Source of the DNA: Azolla caroliniana
Taxonomy: Eukaryota > Plantae > Polypodiophyta
Assembly (NCBI GenBank): GCA_043228905.1
Contig: JBHGNT010000006.1
Coordinates: 10,230,001 to 10,294,000 of the forward strand
Direction of reading: 5' to 3'
DNA length: 64,000 nucleotides
Shown: positions 13,713 through 27,311 of the stretch, piece after piece
Layout: each line of letters starts with the position of its first letter
How positions within the stretch are numbered: position 1 is the stretch's first letter
Translations under genes and position numbers: made by a program
Notes under the pieces: model-generated
The model's input: the letters and a program-made list of their open reading frames with translations, nothing else
Databases searched by the model: none
Told to the model about the DNA's origin: nothing

Positions 13713-15820
13713 TGTTAGTCGGTCAACTACCAGAGTCGGAGTCGACAAGGTTAGGAGTTGAACAAGTATGAAAGTGTCGGAGTCGGATCGATGAGTTAGA
13801 AATGAATTAATATATATTTTTCCAAGTAGGAAAAATAGTAGAGTTACTTACAAAAGTTTTGTTGTAGTCTTGCCAAACACGGCAAGTGTAAATCTTGAAG
13901 AGAGACTCTTGGATCACCTATAAAAAGGGACCGAGAGCATTGTAATCCTCTCATTCTATTTTTTTAATGAATATAAGCTAGTAATTAGAGTATATCTCTG
14001 CCAATTGTATTCTTACTATTCGGTATTGCTATCTGTGTTGAAATCTGATCCAGTGTCTACTAATTAATTATATTAAGAATAATAGTTGATCACGGCTACT
14101 AAGTAAATAGAATAGGGCTCTGTAGAACAAGTGTAAGCATAGACTGTTACTAGTCATCCAATTTCCCACCACAATCATCTTGATAGAACGTTCGACCTAT
14201 TGTGCTTGTCGGTTACAACAGTCGGTTGTTGGCAAATCAACACAATATTTTGGCACGCCCGGTTACATCTGCTATAGGTAGCGATCAAGGGGAATGGATG
14301 TCGTCTAGTCCGGATACATTTGCAGGCCGAAAAAGACCACACACACTATCGAAGACTCAACATGTAGCAGGTGGGAGTGTTGACGATTCAATACCTATCA
14401 ATCAGACTCAACAAGAAGTTGAGGGGGAGTGGAGTGCAATTCCTGATTTAATTGATAGTCATTCGAACGAGGAGTAGTCCGAACATAGTTCTTTTTATGA
14501 CATTTGGGAATAGGACAATATGCCTTACCCTTACTCAAAGTATTGGAATGGAGCCGATGAGGAAGCGCATGTGTGTGATTTTCGGACGACATGGGAGGTG
14601 AACCATGTGGCACAACGACTGTCAACTGCAGCCAAAGAAAAATAAAAAATCGTTGAGTTCGTATTATCGCTTGATAGTCTGTCAACGAATTGGTATGCCC
14701 AGAACAAGCCAAAGGCGTTGGACTCATTCGAACAATTAACTGCAAAGTTTACCCAATTATTTCATCGATAGATCCCACTGATGGATCTAATTAACCAATT
14801 TTATGCAGCATATTAGGAGCCTCATGAAACGGTGTCAAAATTCGTGATTCGGTTTCAAAATTTACAACTCCGGATTTCACGACTGATTCTAGAAGAAGAG
14901 CTCAAGGATATCCTTTTGGAAGCAATACGTGAGCCTCTTTGAACAACTATAGTGTGGCTCAATTTTCGGAATCATAAAGCTTTAGCAATGGATCATACTA
15001 ATAATAGTATGAATATGTCAGCATTACATAGAAATTTACCGAGCTACGGTTCCGACAAGCGGTGCAATGTACCACTTGTCTCAACACTGGGCATTCAATG
15101 ATGGAATGCAATTTATGTACTCATTGTACGATTTGCCATTCCAAGGTTCATTCAGTTGATCAATGTAAGTTTAATTTGCTTAACAAGACAGTCGTACCAG
15201 TTCGACAGATTCACCTTGAGAATAATGTCCATGAGGATTGGAATCGGTCCGGGCATTAGTCGCAAGAAGATGATTGATCAAGATATGATGATCAGTATCA
15301 ATTAGAGCGATGCGATGATAGCCACAAAAATGAGATTCGCAAGGATGATAATCGGAGAGATGATTATCAACGCGATGACTATCGGTGTGATGACCAATAT
15401 AATGGATATCGTCAGGAAGATGATCGACATGATAACTATCAACGTGATAGTCGGAACAATAATGAACGGAATTACTCACCCCGTTGGGATAGTAATAATC
15501 GGCAACCTTATAGGGGTGGTCAATATCAAGACGATAGAAGGTCCACTAATCACAGAAGTAATGATGAAAATCACCCATCAAATCGTCGATTCAATGATAA
15601 CCGGAAGTCGAAAGGATCTTGACGATTCCAACACACTCCTAGGGACAAGAATCTCAAGATGCTTGTCAACCTCAATATGAACCTGGTGAGTCGAGTGGTT
15701 CATCGGTGCCAACTTGTTACATTTGCCGAAAGGATGGCCACTATGCTAACCAATGGCCAACAAAAGATAAAGGCAAAGCACCAGCGGTTAATATGGTCAT
15801 GTTGGAGATACAACATGTAA

Positions 15821-17010
15821 CCTTTTATTTTTCTGTAACACTTTTATTACTAGTGGGAAACCTCAAAGTGAGGTGAAAACCCACAAAAAATAAAGAAAAA
15901 ATACAAGTGTCGATTAGACACTAAAGAGCTTAAAAGCACTCAAAGTAAAGATTGTAAATTTGCATCGTGATGTCTCTAGGAAATTTACAAAATACTTTGC
16001 AGGTGGTTTGAGATTTTCATCAACAGTATCCCCTTAAGCCAATGACTGGTTTGGGAAGACGGCGTAAAAGGGGGGGATAATATCACATTCTAGACTCGAA
16101 CCTCTGACTTTTAACACACACAGTACATTTGTGTTGTGTTAACCATATGGAAACTCTTGTGAACTATCCATATTTGATTGTATATATTGTAGAGTCTAGT
16201 GCATAGTACATTCGAAATATTCTAGTCGTTAGTATATTATAGAATTATTCTGTGGTATATTCTAAAAGGGTATATTCTTGAGATATTTCTCGAGTATATT
16301 CTAGAGATATTCAATCTCGGAAATTGTATAAATACTTGTAACATCCTTGGTCCCTTTCAAGGGATTCAAACTCAGTCATTGACACATCAATCTAGTATTC
16401 TCGTTTCGCCTCATCTTTGTCTCCTTGATCTTTATTTCTGTCTTCATGACCGCATGTTGCTCATAACATCTAGAGTTCCTAGCCTCGTCCCATCTAGCTC
16501 CAAGTTCATCCGTCGCTCGTAGCCCCATCATCTGTGCTCCGCCCTAGTCTGCACTCAGTGTGTCCTTGACAGTCTCTAAGTTGTAGACAATCAAATAGAG
16601 ATTGCTAGAGGGATTGCTTAAAGAAGCTAACTTCATGTAGTTGGTTTCCATCAAATACCTTATTATTGCAGGTTGTCCAAATGATCCAGAGTGCCCAAAA
16701 TCGTGTCCATTGGAGAAAATAGGCATTGTTGGATAGGGCGCACGTAATTTGTCCAAATATCCAAAAGTGTTTGCCAAACCTTCGGCCAGGAAATTTGTGA
16801 TAAAGAGATGCACTTAGTCTTTGTACAAATGTTCTGGTGAATGAGCAAGTCCATAATAAGTGTGGCACCGTTTCCAATCATCTACCACATCTTGCACAAT
16901 ACGGTGAGGCTATCAATCTCTTTTGACGATTCGACCCAATCAGGAGCACACCCAATAGGCATCTCCATAGGAATACCTGTTGCTTAAGTGGAAGACCAGA
17001 GCTCCATAAG
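15821..17010 (-). mobile_element. 5'-truncated L1-type LINE fragment (ORF2 C-terminal zinc-finger region and 3' end)
   Basis: Minus-strand ETVPHLLWTCSF..WALWIIWTTCNNKVF resembles the plant L1 zf-RVT and downstream W-x-I-W-x-x-R-N motif. An A-rich end lies at ~15821-15832. The fragment interrupts element A. Confidence 0.7.
15980..16468 (+). mobile_element. 3' fragment of a second Tcn1-like chromovirus (chromodomain tail, PPT, LTR 16081-16468) inside the LINE
   Basis: Translation NLQNTLQVV*DFHQQYPLKP is homologous to ENVTNARALLEDFHRQYPDKP at ~27130-27190. PPT AAAAGGGGGGGATAA. LTR runs TATCAC...TAACA with a TATA box at ~16327. TCTAG flanks both ends. Confidence 0.7.
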
Positions 17011-18973
17011 CTTGGAAGCTTGGAAGCTTGTAAGCTTGTAAGCACGGTATGACCACTTGGTCTACTTCGACAAACTTCGACAATTAGATATTATTATAGG
17101 AGGCCACACTTTTAAAATTTCAACAATGGTGCTTAATCTAGATGCACCCGATGCATATCCATTGTTATTAGGTCGACCTTGGCTAAAAACTACTAACATT
17201 AAACAAAATTGGAACAAGAACACTTTGACATTCCGAAAGGGTAAGAACAATATTTGGTTGTCGACACAAGAAAAGGTCAACATGACCCGGCAATGTTTAC
17301 CAATCCCATGCCGAAGCAGTAAGCATGATGGAAGGGTTGGATGATGCTGAAGAAGAACAATACTTTGAGGATAATCCAAAAATTATTCCACTATTCGAAG
17401 TTGACATCATGCAAACACTCACGCCATATTTCAGTGAGGACGCAAAAGAACAAGAGATTCTTGTCGACGACAAAACAATGAACGACCCCAACATGAAGCT
17501 ACGGAAAGGGAGATGCAAGTATCCCAGAGAGTTCAGGCATTGGCATTAGAAGAATTAAATTTAGTCGAGAAGGATGTTGAACCAAAGATGATTTTGATCA
17601 CCAAGGAAATGGAGTTAGCTGAAAAGGCTAAGAGGACTGACCTATTATGACAGTATAAAGATGTGTTTGCATGGTCATTTGAAGATATGAAGGGGTTAGA
17701 TCCAATGTTTTGTCATCATCAAATCAATTTACATAGAGATGTGAAGGTGGTACAACATCGATACAGATTGAATCCGAATTATGTAGTTAAAGTGAAAGAG
17801 GAAATCAAGAAACTACTCAGGGTCGACTTCGGTCGTCTAGTAAAAAAGGCAACTTGGTTAAGTCCAATAGTTGTTGTACCCGAGAAAAACGGAAAGATTA
17901 GGGTCTGTGTCAATTACAGAAAACTAAACGCGGCCACGGTAACGAATGGTTTTCCATTACCATTTACTAGCGGAATTCTAGATCCAGTGGTAGGCCACAA
18001 AATATACAGTTTTCTAGATGGTTTTAGTGGCTATAATCAGGTTTAGATGCACCCAGATGATCAGGAAAAGATAGCATTCATCACCGAATGGGGAGTATTC
18101 ATAGCAGTAGTCATGATGTTCGGCTTAAAAACAGCTCTGACAACATTTCAAAGAGTAATTCAAGAAATTTTTATAGATTTTGCAGTATACAACAGAAAAG
18201 TCAATCACATGGAACATCTTTGACTATGTTTGGGATGGTTGACAAGGACAACTTAGTCTCAATCTTGCTAAATGTGCATTCGGAGTGACGAGCGGTACGC
18301 TGCTCAGCCATATTGTCAGTCGGGAAGGTATTGCAAACGATCGTAACAAGGTGAAGGCAATAATGGACACTCCGCCTCTAACAAATGGCAAAGCCCTCAG
18401 TCGATTCTTGGGCCAGATCAGATGGCACAGTCGGATGATTTGGTATTTAGCCTATGTGGCGACACATATGGTCGTTCATAAAGTGCCTTTTCAATGGATG
18501 ACAACTGACTAGGTTGCATGTGACTGTCTAAAGAAGATGCTAACTAAGGTTTCGGCCGCCCAACCTCCCGATTGGGAGAAAGATTTTCATGTCTTTGTCA
18601 ATGCATCAGATGTAGCAATTGGAAGTTCTTTAATGGAGCTAACGGAACCGAATTGGTACAAGCTAGTGTACTACACGAGTCGAAAGTTATCAACAACCGA
18701 ACGTGAGGCTCTCGACATGATATACACCGTTAATAAATTCCGACATTACTTGTTTGGTCGGAAATTCACATTCCATGTCGATCATTCGGCATTATTCTAC
18801 TTGGTGTCGAAACAGGAATTAACAGGAAAAATAGCCAGATGGACATTGTTGCTACAAGAATTTGAATTCGACATAATTCACCGACCAGGGGTGCAACATG
18901 CAGTCACCGACTATCTGAGTCGACTGGAATCGGGAGAGTCAGGTGCAGGAGTAAAGGATGATTTTCCCAACGC

Positions 18974-20148
18974 TGTCATGAAGATTTTCGGCAATGGTGT
19001 GAAAATCAAATAAAACGTACGAAATCGAGTGTGATTCATATAAAACAATAATGGTGAAGATACTAATTTAAGTATGTTTAATATCTTAGTACAAAAAGAT
19101 GGAGGTCTTTAAGAGCTTTCAAATGTGCTTTACAACATAAAAAACGGACAGTGACAAGTTATGTGGGAGTGAAGTATGAGAAGGAAGAAGAGAAAAATAA
19201 AACTATGAGATATCCCACATAGACAGGAAATAAGGATCTCACCATATATAAGGTAGAGCAAAAGCTATTATCTTTGTGTCTATGTGTGGAGCATCGAGAG
19301 TTCAAGGTGACTTGAACTAAGTTATTGGATGGATGGGTGTGGCCTAGCTACTTGCAAAGGTTTTGCCCAACCAAAATCGGACCGACAACGTAATCGGCAT
19401 CTGGCAACGAAACCCGAACTCGGTGACCAAATGGTAACCGACATCTGGGATTCGGTGACCGAATGGTAATCAGCATCCGGCAACCAGTGATCGAACCGGA
19501 ATCCGGCAACCGACGATAACCGGCGGCAATCCGGCGGCATCCAGCGAACCAGATAAATATAAAAATAAATATACATATATATATACAAGGAGTGCAAGTG
19601 TGGATTTGAACATTACACCTCCAAGTTGAGAGTCTATAAGCTTACCACTAAGCCAAAACATTTTCTTAAAATAATATTTTTATCATTATAAGTTTACATG
19701 TAAATTTCTCATACATGAGAGCTATAATTAGTGACGTGGTTATCATGCACCACATGTAATACATGAGCGCCAAATGGCAAACATGCATTTTATGCATGTC
19801 TTGAACCCTCAAATGCATGAGGGCATCTATAAAAGAGGGGATCAAAAAGATCAAAGGGGGATTTTGTAATGTAAAATTCTTATCAAGAGCTTTGTACTTT
19901 ATATCAAAATTAATATTAAAAAGAAAATTCGTTATCCTTTTGATGATATACCTTGTTATTCAAATCTAAAGTCAAGAGTTCAATCTTAATATCTCTCAAT
20001 CTAAAATCAAGCGTTCTATCTTATCTCAATCTCTCTCTCTTTCAATCTCTCCTTTCTCGCTAAAGCTTGTGCCAACTTCAAATCCTTTCGGTCCAGAACC
20101 CGACGGTTCCGCCTCGCAATCCGCGCGTAGTGACAGATCTTCACGACA
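18974..20148 (+). mobile_element. Solo LTR (1175 bp) of the element C/D lineage
   Basis: Termini TGTCATGAAG...TCACGACA match elements C and D. 4-bp TSD ACGC (18970-18973 / 20149-20152). It splits element A's DDFPNA|QL frame. Confidence 0.85.
19602..19655 (-). promoter_or_regulatory. tRNA-like Pol III cassette in the solo LTR
   Basis: Minus strand: consensus A-box TGGCTTAGTGG(TAAGC) and B-box TGTTCAAATCC, 43 nt start to start. Confidence 0.55.
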
Positions 20149-22370
20149 ACGCTCAACTCTTTTGAGTTGACACAATGAAGTCCAATGAAATGGATGAAGA
20201 GAAGGCAAATTTATGAATTACAGATATGACAATATATCTTAGTACCGGATTTCCACCAAAAGGAATGACACTTGATGAATGAAAGAGGCTGGTGGTTCGG
20301 AGTCAGAATTTTTGTTTGTTAAATGATGCATTATACCATAAGGGAGTAGATGGCATATGGCAGCGCGTGGTTCGACAATTTGAAAAGGAAGCAATTTTGT
20401 GCGAGGCCCATTGTGGTATTGTCAGAGGACATTATGTTGGGGAAATGGTTGCTAGAAAAAATTGGAATAGTGATCTATAGTGATTGACTACCACAAAGGA
20501 TGCAGTCGACTACTGTCGATAATGCGATTTATGCCAGTGGACCGGACAACCAATCAAAAGAGATCGGATGCCGCACCAACCGGTATTACCATAGGAGCCA
20601 TTTTAGAAATGGGGGCTCGACTTTGTCAGACCATTCAAACAAGCAATCGGTACATAATTGTCGCCACTGACTACTATATGAAGTGGGTCGAAGCCAAAGC
20701 TCTTCGAGATAATACAACAGTGTCAACAACAAAGTTTCTCTATGAAAACATATGGTGTCAATTTGGGTGCCCATTTGAACTAGTAAGTGATCAAGGTACT
20801 CATTTTATAAACAGAATTGTACATGAATTATCAAATTACTATGGCGTCGTACATAAAAAGAGTACTTCGTATTATCCTCAAGCCAATGTGTTGGCCGAAT
20901 AAATTAACAAGACATTACATATGATTTTGAGAAAAATAGTTAAGGAGAATAGAACCGATTGGGATTAGAAGCTGCACAGTGCCTTATGGGCATCCCATAC
21001 TAAGTACAAGAGAATGATGCATTCGGCTTGGAAGCGGTAATGCCAGTGGAATTTCAAGTTCCGACATTGCATGTGCAAATCACCGAACAACTTGACGAAG
21101 AGCAGTCTGAATGGGTTCGGAAGGAACGCTTGTTATAGCTAGAAGAAAGTCGGATCCAAGCCATGTGTAACCTAGAACAGAAGCAGAGACTAACAAAGGG
21201 CATTCGTCGACCGACACTGACAACAGAAAGCAAAAATGTTCAAAGTTGGTAAGCCAATCTTAGTATTCCAAACGAAGATGGGTTCGATGTCGAGTAAACT
21301 CTGAATCCAATGCACCTGTCCTTTTTGGATTGTGGAAAATAAGAATGGTACATTCCAAGTTGGTACATTAGGTGGGGAGATCATGCCGAAATGGGTGAAT
21401 GGATTCCGAATGAAACCTTATCAAGGAGCAATGCCGAAAAATCCATTAGGACTTGAAGTCGAAATCGACAATTTGTCAACCACTTAGTAAAGTCGACAAC
21501 AGGACATTTAAAGTGTAAATAGAAAGAAAAAAAAACTTGGCAAATGTATAATAGAAAAATACTCAAGATTGTTATTCTTACTTCTTGGCACTGTCCATTT
21601 CAAACTATAAATGGATAGGCCAACAAATCATTTAGTATTCATTACGAGTGGTGGATATTAAAGAGCCATTATTAGCCTATAATAATTGTGACGTTTCTGT
21701 ATCATTTGAAAGCCATTAATAGCAGATTCTAATTAAAACTTCTTGTAAAATGGCCCATCTTTTCACAAACACCCCTTCGACTACATTCTGTGTTTCACAA
21801 AAACACTAACGTTTTCACGCGAACAGAACACAAAAAGTATTCTCACAAAAATGTCAAGCTTTCTTTGAACGTAGGAAACAACCACATCAACGCACTCAAG
21901 CATTCATGCTTTCTTTGATAGGCACAAACGACAACAACATCAGTTTGGAAACAACCACAAACGAAAACATGTCAATTCAAGTCTTAGACCGACTACGCCA
22001 ATGGCTAGAATCCAAGGGTTTGTAAGGATATCTCAAGGTCCCAAATGTCGAACCACATCCATAGGGACATGTTGTCATGATATGGCATGACTCCATGACC
22101 TTATACTACATGGGTCGAGCTCTTGACCATTAGACCATACATTGTAATACATAGAATATTATTTTTATTTATGTTTTATTATAGAAAATCGATGTATATT
22201 CCAGATATCTCTAGAACATTCTAGAAACTTCAGGAGTACTCCTGAGAACACTATAAAAGGAGGCACAAGGCATTATTTCGACAAATTGGTTCAACGACAG
22301 TCTTAAGCGTCCTAGCTACTATTGTATACTCTCTTCACATAATATATATCTTCTATCATCATTCTCTCAC

Positions 22371-22442
<72 letters not shown>

Positions 22443-22542
22443 CTCACTCTTTCCTTCTCTCGAGAGTTCTACACCTCTCTTAGTACTAATCCTCATCTTT
22501 TAGTATTAATTCCTTCTCTTTCTTAGTACTGATCCTGACAGT

Positions 22543-22554
22543 TTGAACCGATTT
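22543..22554 (+). promoter_or_regulatory. Self-priming primer-binding site (Tf1/sushi type)
   Basis: TTGAACCGATTT just after the 5' LTR is the exact reverse complement of AAATCGGTTCAA at 27448-27459 in the 3' LTR (AAATTGGTTCAA at 22283-22294 in the 5' LTR). That sequence lies about 30 nt downstream of the TATA box. No TGG tRNA PBS is present. Confidence 0.8.
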
Positions 22555-23731
22555 TCCCCCCTCTGTCTCCCTCCCTTCATACTAATCTCTTATTCTTCTT
22601 TCCTCTCATCCCATGGCCACTATTAGTCCTCAAGAATATCAATCTGTTTTCTAGGAGTTGCAATGCTTGAAAGAGAAGTCCCTTGCTTTGGAACAAGAAA
22701 ATCAACGGTTGTTGGGGGATCTTCAACAAATTTCCTTAGAAAAGCAGGAAACGCAACAACAACATGGGGAACTTGCGTTACGCGTGCAACAACTCGAAGC
22801 AACCATCGTAGCGATGCAACAACAAGGACCTGGAACACAAGGGATTCATAAAGAACCAAAGATCGGCCTTCCCGTGAAATTCGATGGAACGCGATCGCAG
22901 TTTAGAGGGTTCCTTAATCAGGTACGACTAGTTATTCAAATGCATCCTTCCCGATATCTCACCGAAGCATCATAAGTGGGTTTAGTAGGCATGTTGTTAA
23001 GTGGCTTAGCGTTGGCATGGTTCACTCCGCTGTTAGAAAAAGAATCTCCATTACTAAACAATTTTGAAGAGTTTATGAGTGACTTTAAAGCCTGTTTTGG
23101 AGATACTGACAACATAAGGACAACAATCAACAAAATCCGACGACTACGTCAAGGCGATCGTCCAGCCTCCGCATACGCTGCAGGTTTTCGTCTACTCACC
23201 TTCGATATCCCCTGGGATGATCAAGCGTTAATGGAGCAATTTCGTTATAGTCTACGTAACGATGTCAATGATTTACTCTTGACCTTTCTCGAAGAACCAA
23301 AGTCTTTAACAGAAGCAATCTCTCGCGCAGTGAGATGCGACAATCGCCTCTTCGAACGATGTTCAAAACGTCAGTTCCAGATGCCAAGGGCAAGATCTGA
23401 GCCTACCTACGCCTCAGTGGTAGTCATATAATGCGCCGCTAGTAAGTACTCCAACTCTGATAGAAATTGATACTACACGTCGTCGTGGACCACTATTAGA
23501 AGAAGAGAAGCAACGACGCTAAGCAAACCGACTATGTCTTTATTGCGGTGGACTAGGGCATATCGCGGTAAACTATCCCCATAGGCCAAGAAGGCAGGTA
23601 AACCAAATAGTTGCTAGTTCTGATTGTACTAAATCCGAGTCTATTTCAATAGGGATATCTAATAGTCCTAATAGTACTAATAGCCCAAATCTAGCGAACA
23701 AATTTGATGTCCTTAGTCAGTTAGAAGAAGA

Positions 23732-23784
23732 GTTAAACGACTAAGTCCAGCCAAAATAGGAGTTGTTTAGTTGGACAACCCTAG
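23732..23784 (+). promoter_or_regulatory. -1 programmed ribosomal frameshift signal (gag/pol) of the Tcn1-like element
   Basis: In-phase slippery heptamer G_TTA_AAC, a 6-nt spacer containing the gag stop, then a stem GTCCAGCCAAA (23745-23755) / TTTAGTTGGAC (23766-23776). Confidence 0.65.
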
Positions 23785-26700
23785 ATTTGTGCAGTCCATT
23801 AGTGGTTCAATTTCCTCTAAGCAAGTTAGCAATGTGTTAGTACTAAAAGTACCCCTCCAGTACATGTCTTAGCACTTCTAGATTCTGGAGCTAATTCTTG
23901 CTTCATGCATAAGAACTTTGTCCAAGCTCATCAGATATCTCTCAGAAAACTCCTGTGTCCAACCTCTATAGTAGTCATTGATGGTCGTCCCATTGCTTCC
24001 GGAAATATCATAGAAGAGTCAGAGCCCGTTAATATTGTCCTAGATAATCTAGCATGTGTAGTATCATTTAATATAATTTGCATCCCAGAACACCCCATTG
24101 TTTTAGGATTACCATGGTTCGAATTACATAACCTAGACATAGATTGGAGAACAAGAGAAATCCGGTATCGAAAAACCCGAGCGTCTACTCATGAGATTGC
24201 AACCATTTCGCTACATCAGTTGCGGGAAGAAGGACGCAAGGAAGAAATGTTTCTCTTCGCAATATCAGTAAAGCCCTCAGACACCATCAAAGAGGAGTTC
24301 ACCGTTCAACTTCCAAAGAAGTATCATCATTATGCCGATGTGTTCGATAAAGTACAAGCCAATACGCTTCCTCACCATCGACTATATGATTGCCCCATCG
24401 ATTTACAACCTGGGAAAGAGCCACCATGGGGACCGATCTACAATTTGTCACCAACCGAGCTAGAAGTCCTACGAACCTATATAGAGAAGAATTTGGAAAA
24501 TGGTTTCATTCGGCATTTGAAATCTCCAGCCGGGGCACCCATTTTCTTCGTCAAGAAAAAGGATGGATCACTTCGTCTCGTTGTAGATTACCGTGGCTTG
24601 AATAAGGTTACAATTAGAAATAGGTATGCACTTCCCCTTATCTCAAGTCTTTTAGAACAAATCAATGGTGCAAGGTTCTTCACGAAGATCGACTTATGGG
24701 GGGAGCCTATAACCTCGTACGGATCTGACCAGGAGATGAATGGAAGACCGTGTTTCGCACCAAATATGGGCACTTCGAATATACGGTCATGCTGTTCGGC
24801 CTCACTAATGCGCCAACAGTCTTCCAACACATGGCAAATGATATATTCCGAGATCTCTTGGATGTTTGTTTGATCATCTATTTGGATGATCTACTGGTTT
24901 ATTCGAAGACCCAAGAAGAGCATGATTCTCATGTACTGATAGTACTAAAACGACTTCGAGAACATGGTCTTTATGCAAAGCTAGAAAAATGTAGTTTTGG
25001 GTGCAACCAGGTGGAATTTTTGGGCTATGTCATTTCCTCGAAAGGCATCTCCATGGACCCAGCTAAGGACAAAACTGTGGTAGAGTGGCAAACTCCACGT
25101 TCGGTGCGAGATGTGCAATGCTTTTTAGGCTTTGCCAATTTTTACCGTAAGTTCATATAGGATTACTCAAAGCTCGTTTTGCCTCTCACACAGCTAACCA
25201 GGAAGGGACAATTGTTCGTTTGGTCTGAAGAAGTGGACATGGCTTTCGAGAGTCTTAAAAAGGCATTTACATCAGCTCCAATTCTAGTTCATGTCGATCC
25301 GGAAAAACCATTCATTATCGAAGTTGATGCATTGGATTTCGCATTGGGGAGCATTCTGTCACAACGGGGTAATGATGAGAAGCTACATCTTGTGGCTTTT
25401 CACTCACGCAAGTTTGACGCCGCCGAAATCAACTATGAAATTCATGATAAGGAGCTATTGGCAATAGTGGACTCTTTTACGCAATGGAGGCTATTTCTAG
25501 AGGGATCCTCTCATCAAGTAACCGTATTCAGTGACCACAAAAACCTTGCCTACTTTCAGGACGCTCGTGTGTTAAATCGACGTCAAGCTCGGTGGGCCCA
25601 CTTCCTCACGCGTTTCGACTTCAAAATTACATATCGTCCGGGGAAGCACCAAGGGAAAGCAGATGCATTATCACGACGTTCATACCTAGCACCGCATCCT
25701 GGCGAGCCAGTTTTTGATAACCAAAAGCAAGTAATCTTGGGACCGACACGATTGCAAGCAACACATGTCTTTGGCATGCCCATGGATTCCCACGTTATCG
25801 ATACTATACATGAGGACTTGAAGACCAATGCTTTCGCCCAAGCCATTCTAACACAAATTGATCCCTCTCGAGGATCTTGTTCACAGTCACAAACACCATG
25901 TACGGACTATTGGCAATTCAAATACCATGATGGATTACTATTCTTTAATGAACTCTTTTATGTTCCTAATGGTTCTTGCCGCCTCGAGTAGTCCAAAACT
26001 ATCATGACACATATACAATTGGGCATTTTGGTAGTACTAAAACATTAGATTTAGTACAACGATCATTCTGGTGGATCCATATGCGACAATTTGTCGAAGA
26101 TTTTGTTCGGACTTGTGATACATGCTGCAGAGCGAAAATGCCAAGGCATCATCCATATGGTTTATTAGAACCATTACCAATTCCAAACAAGCCGTGGCAA
26201 TCCATTGCTCTAGACTTCATCACATATCTTCCAATCTCTAACGGGTTCAATGCGATTCTAACAGTCGTAGATCAATATACGAAGATGGCTCATTTCTTGC
26301 CATGTACTAAGGAAATCTCCAGTGAAGAAACCGTTGAAATTGTCATGCGTGAAGTATGTCGGCATCATGGCCTTCCCGATAGTATCATCAGCGATCGTGG
26401 ACCCCAGTTCGTATCGAAATTTTGGAAGCACCTTTTTAAAATGCTCAAGGTCACTTGTAACCTCTCCTCCAGCTACCACCCACAAATCGATGACCAAGCA
26501 GAACGAACAAATCAAATGCTGAAGCAGTATCTTCAGCGCTTTCTAAGCTATCATTAGGATGACTGGGCAGATATTCTCCACTTCGCTGAATTTGCCTATA
26601 ATAACTCTGTCCACGCATCGACTAAAGTTACGCCATTTTATGTTTATACGGGTTGTCACCCCCGATGGTGTGTATTTGAAACCCCAAAGTTGTCCACAAA

Positions 26701-27256
26701 TCCTTGTGCGGAGGATCGTTTAGAGTGGTTACGCAAGATACAAGCCGATTTATCTACTCATCTCCAACAAGCTCAACAAACACACAAGGTTTACGCGGAA
26801 CGTCATCGACTTCCATCCAATTTTTACATTGGAGATCCGTATTAGGTCCTTTCCGTATTATAGGAAAGATTAATGATGTCGTTTTTCGTCTCGATCTACC
26901 TCCGCAACTTCGAATACATCCGGTGTTTCATAGTTCTCTCCTCGAACCCTATCAAGAGAGCACCATCCCAGGACATATTACACAACCTTCACCCCCGATC
27001 GAGCTTGAAGATGGACCTGAGTACGAGGTTGCCGCCATCCTTGATTCCAAGATTGTTCGCAACAAGCTCTACTATCTTGTCGATTGGCTAGGATATAGTC
27101 CCAGCAAGCATACTTGGGAACCAATAGAGAATGTGACCAATGCTCGTGCTCTTCTTGAAGACTTCCATCGTCAATATCCAGACAAACCGGGTACTCAATC
27201 CAAAACAACTCGTGATACTCGTCGTTTTAAAGGGGGGATAGTGTCATGATATGGCA

Positions 27257-27311
27257 AGACCCGAACGCATGACCTTATGCTACATGGGTCAAGCTCTTGA
27301 CCATCACACCA
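27257..27311 (-). promoter_or_regulatory. tRNA-like Pol III cassette at the U3 edge of the Tcn1-like LTR
   Basis: Minus strand: TGGTGTGATGG (TGGTCTAATGG in the 5' LTR) ... AGGTCATG CGTTCGGGTCT, 44 nt start to start. The 5' LTR copy has a 5-nt deletion in the B-box. Confidence 0.5.

Larger units (their letters stand above)
13713..22072 (+). mobile_element. Element A: decayed Athila-like (OTA clade, non-chromovirus) Ty3/gypsy; 5' LTR 13713-14242, gag-pol remnants to ~21450, start of downstream extra ORF; 3' end not recognisable
   Basis: LTR TGTTAG...TCAACA. PBS TGGCACGCCCGG at 14251-14262, consistent with a tRNA-Arg 3' end. Gag zinc fingers (QCTTCLNTGHSMMEC), RT (FAWSFEDMKGLDP, SFLDGFSGYNQ), RNase H (FHVFVNASDVAIG) and integrase ([17 protein letters not shown]). 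Many stops and frameshifts; collinear with element B. Confidence 0.85.
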
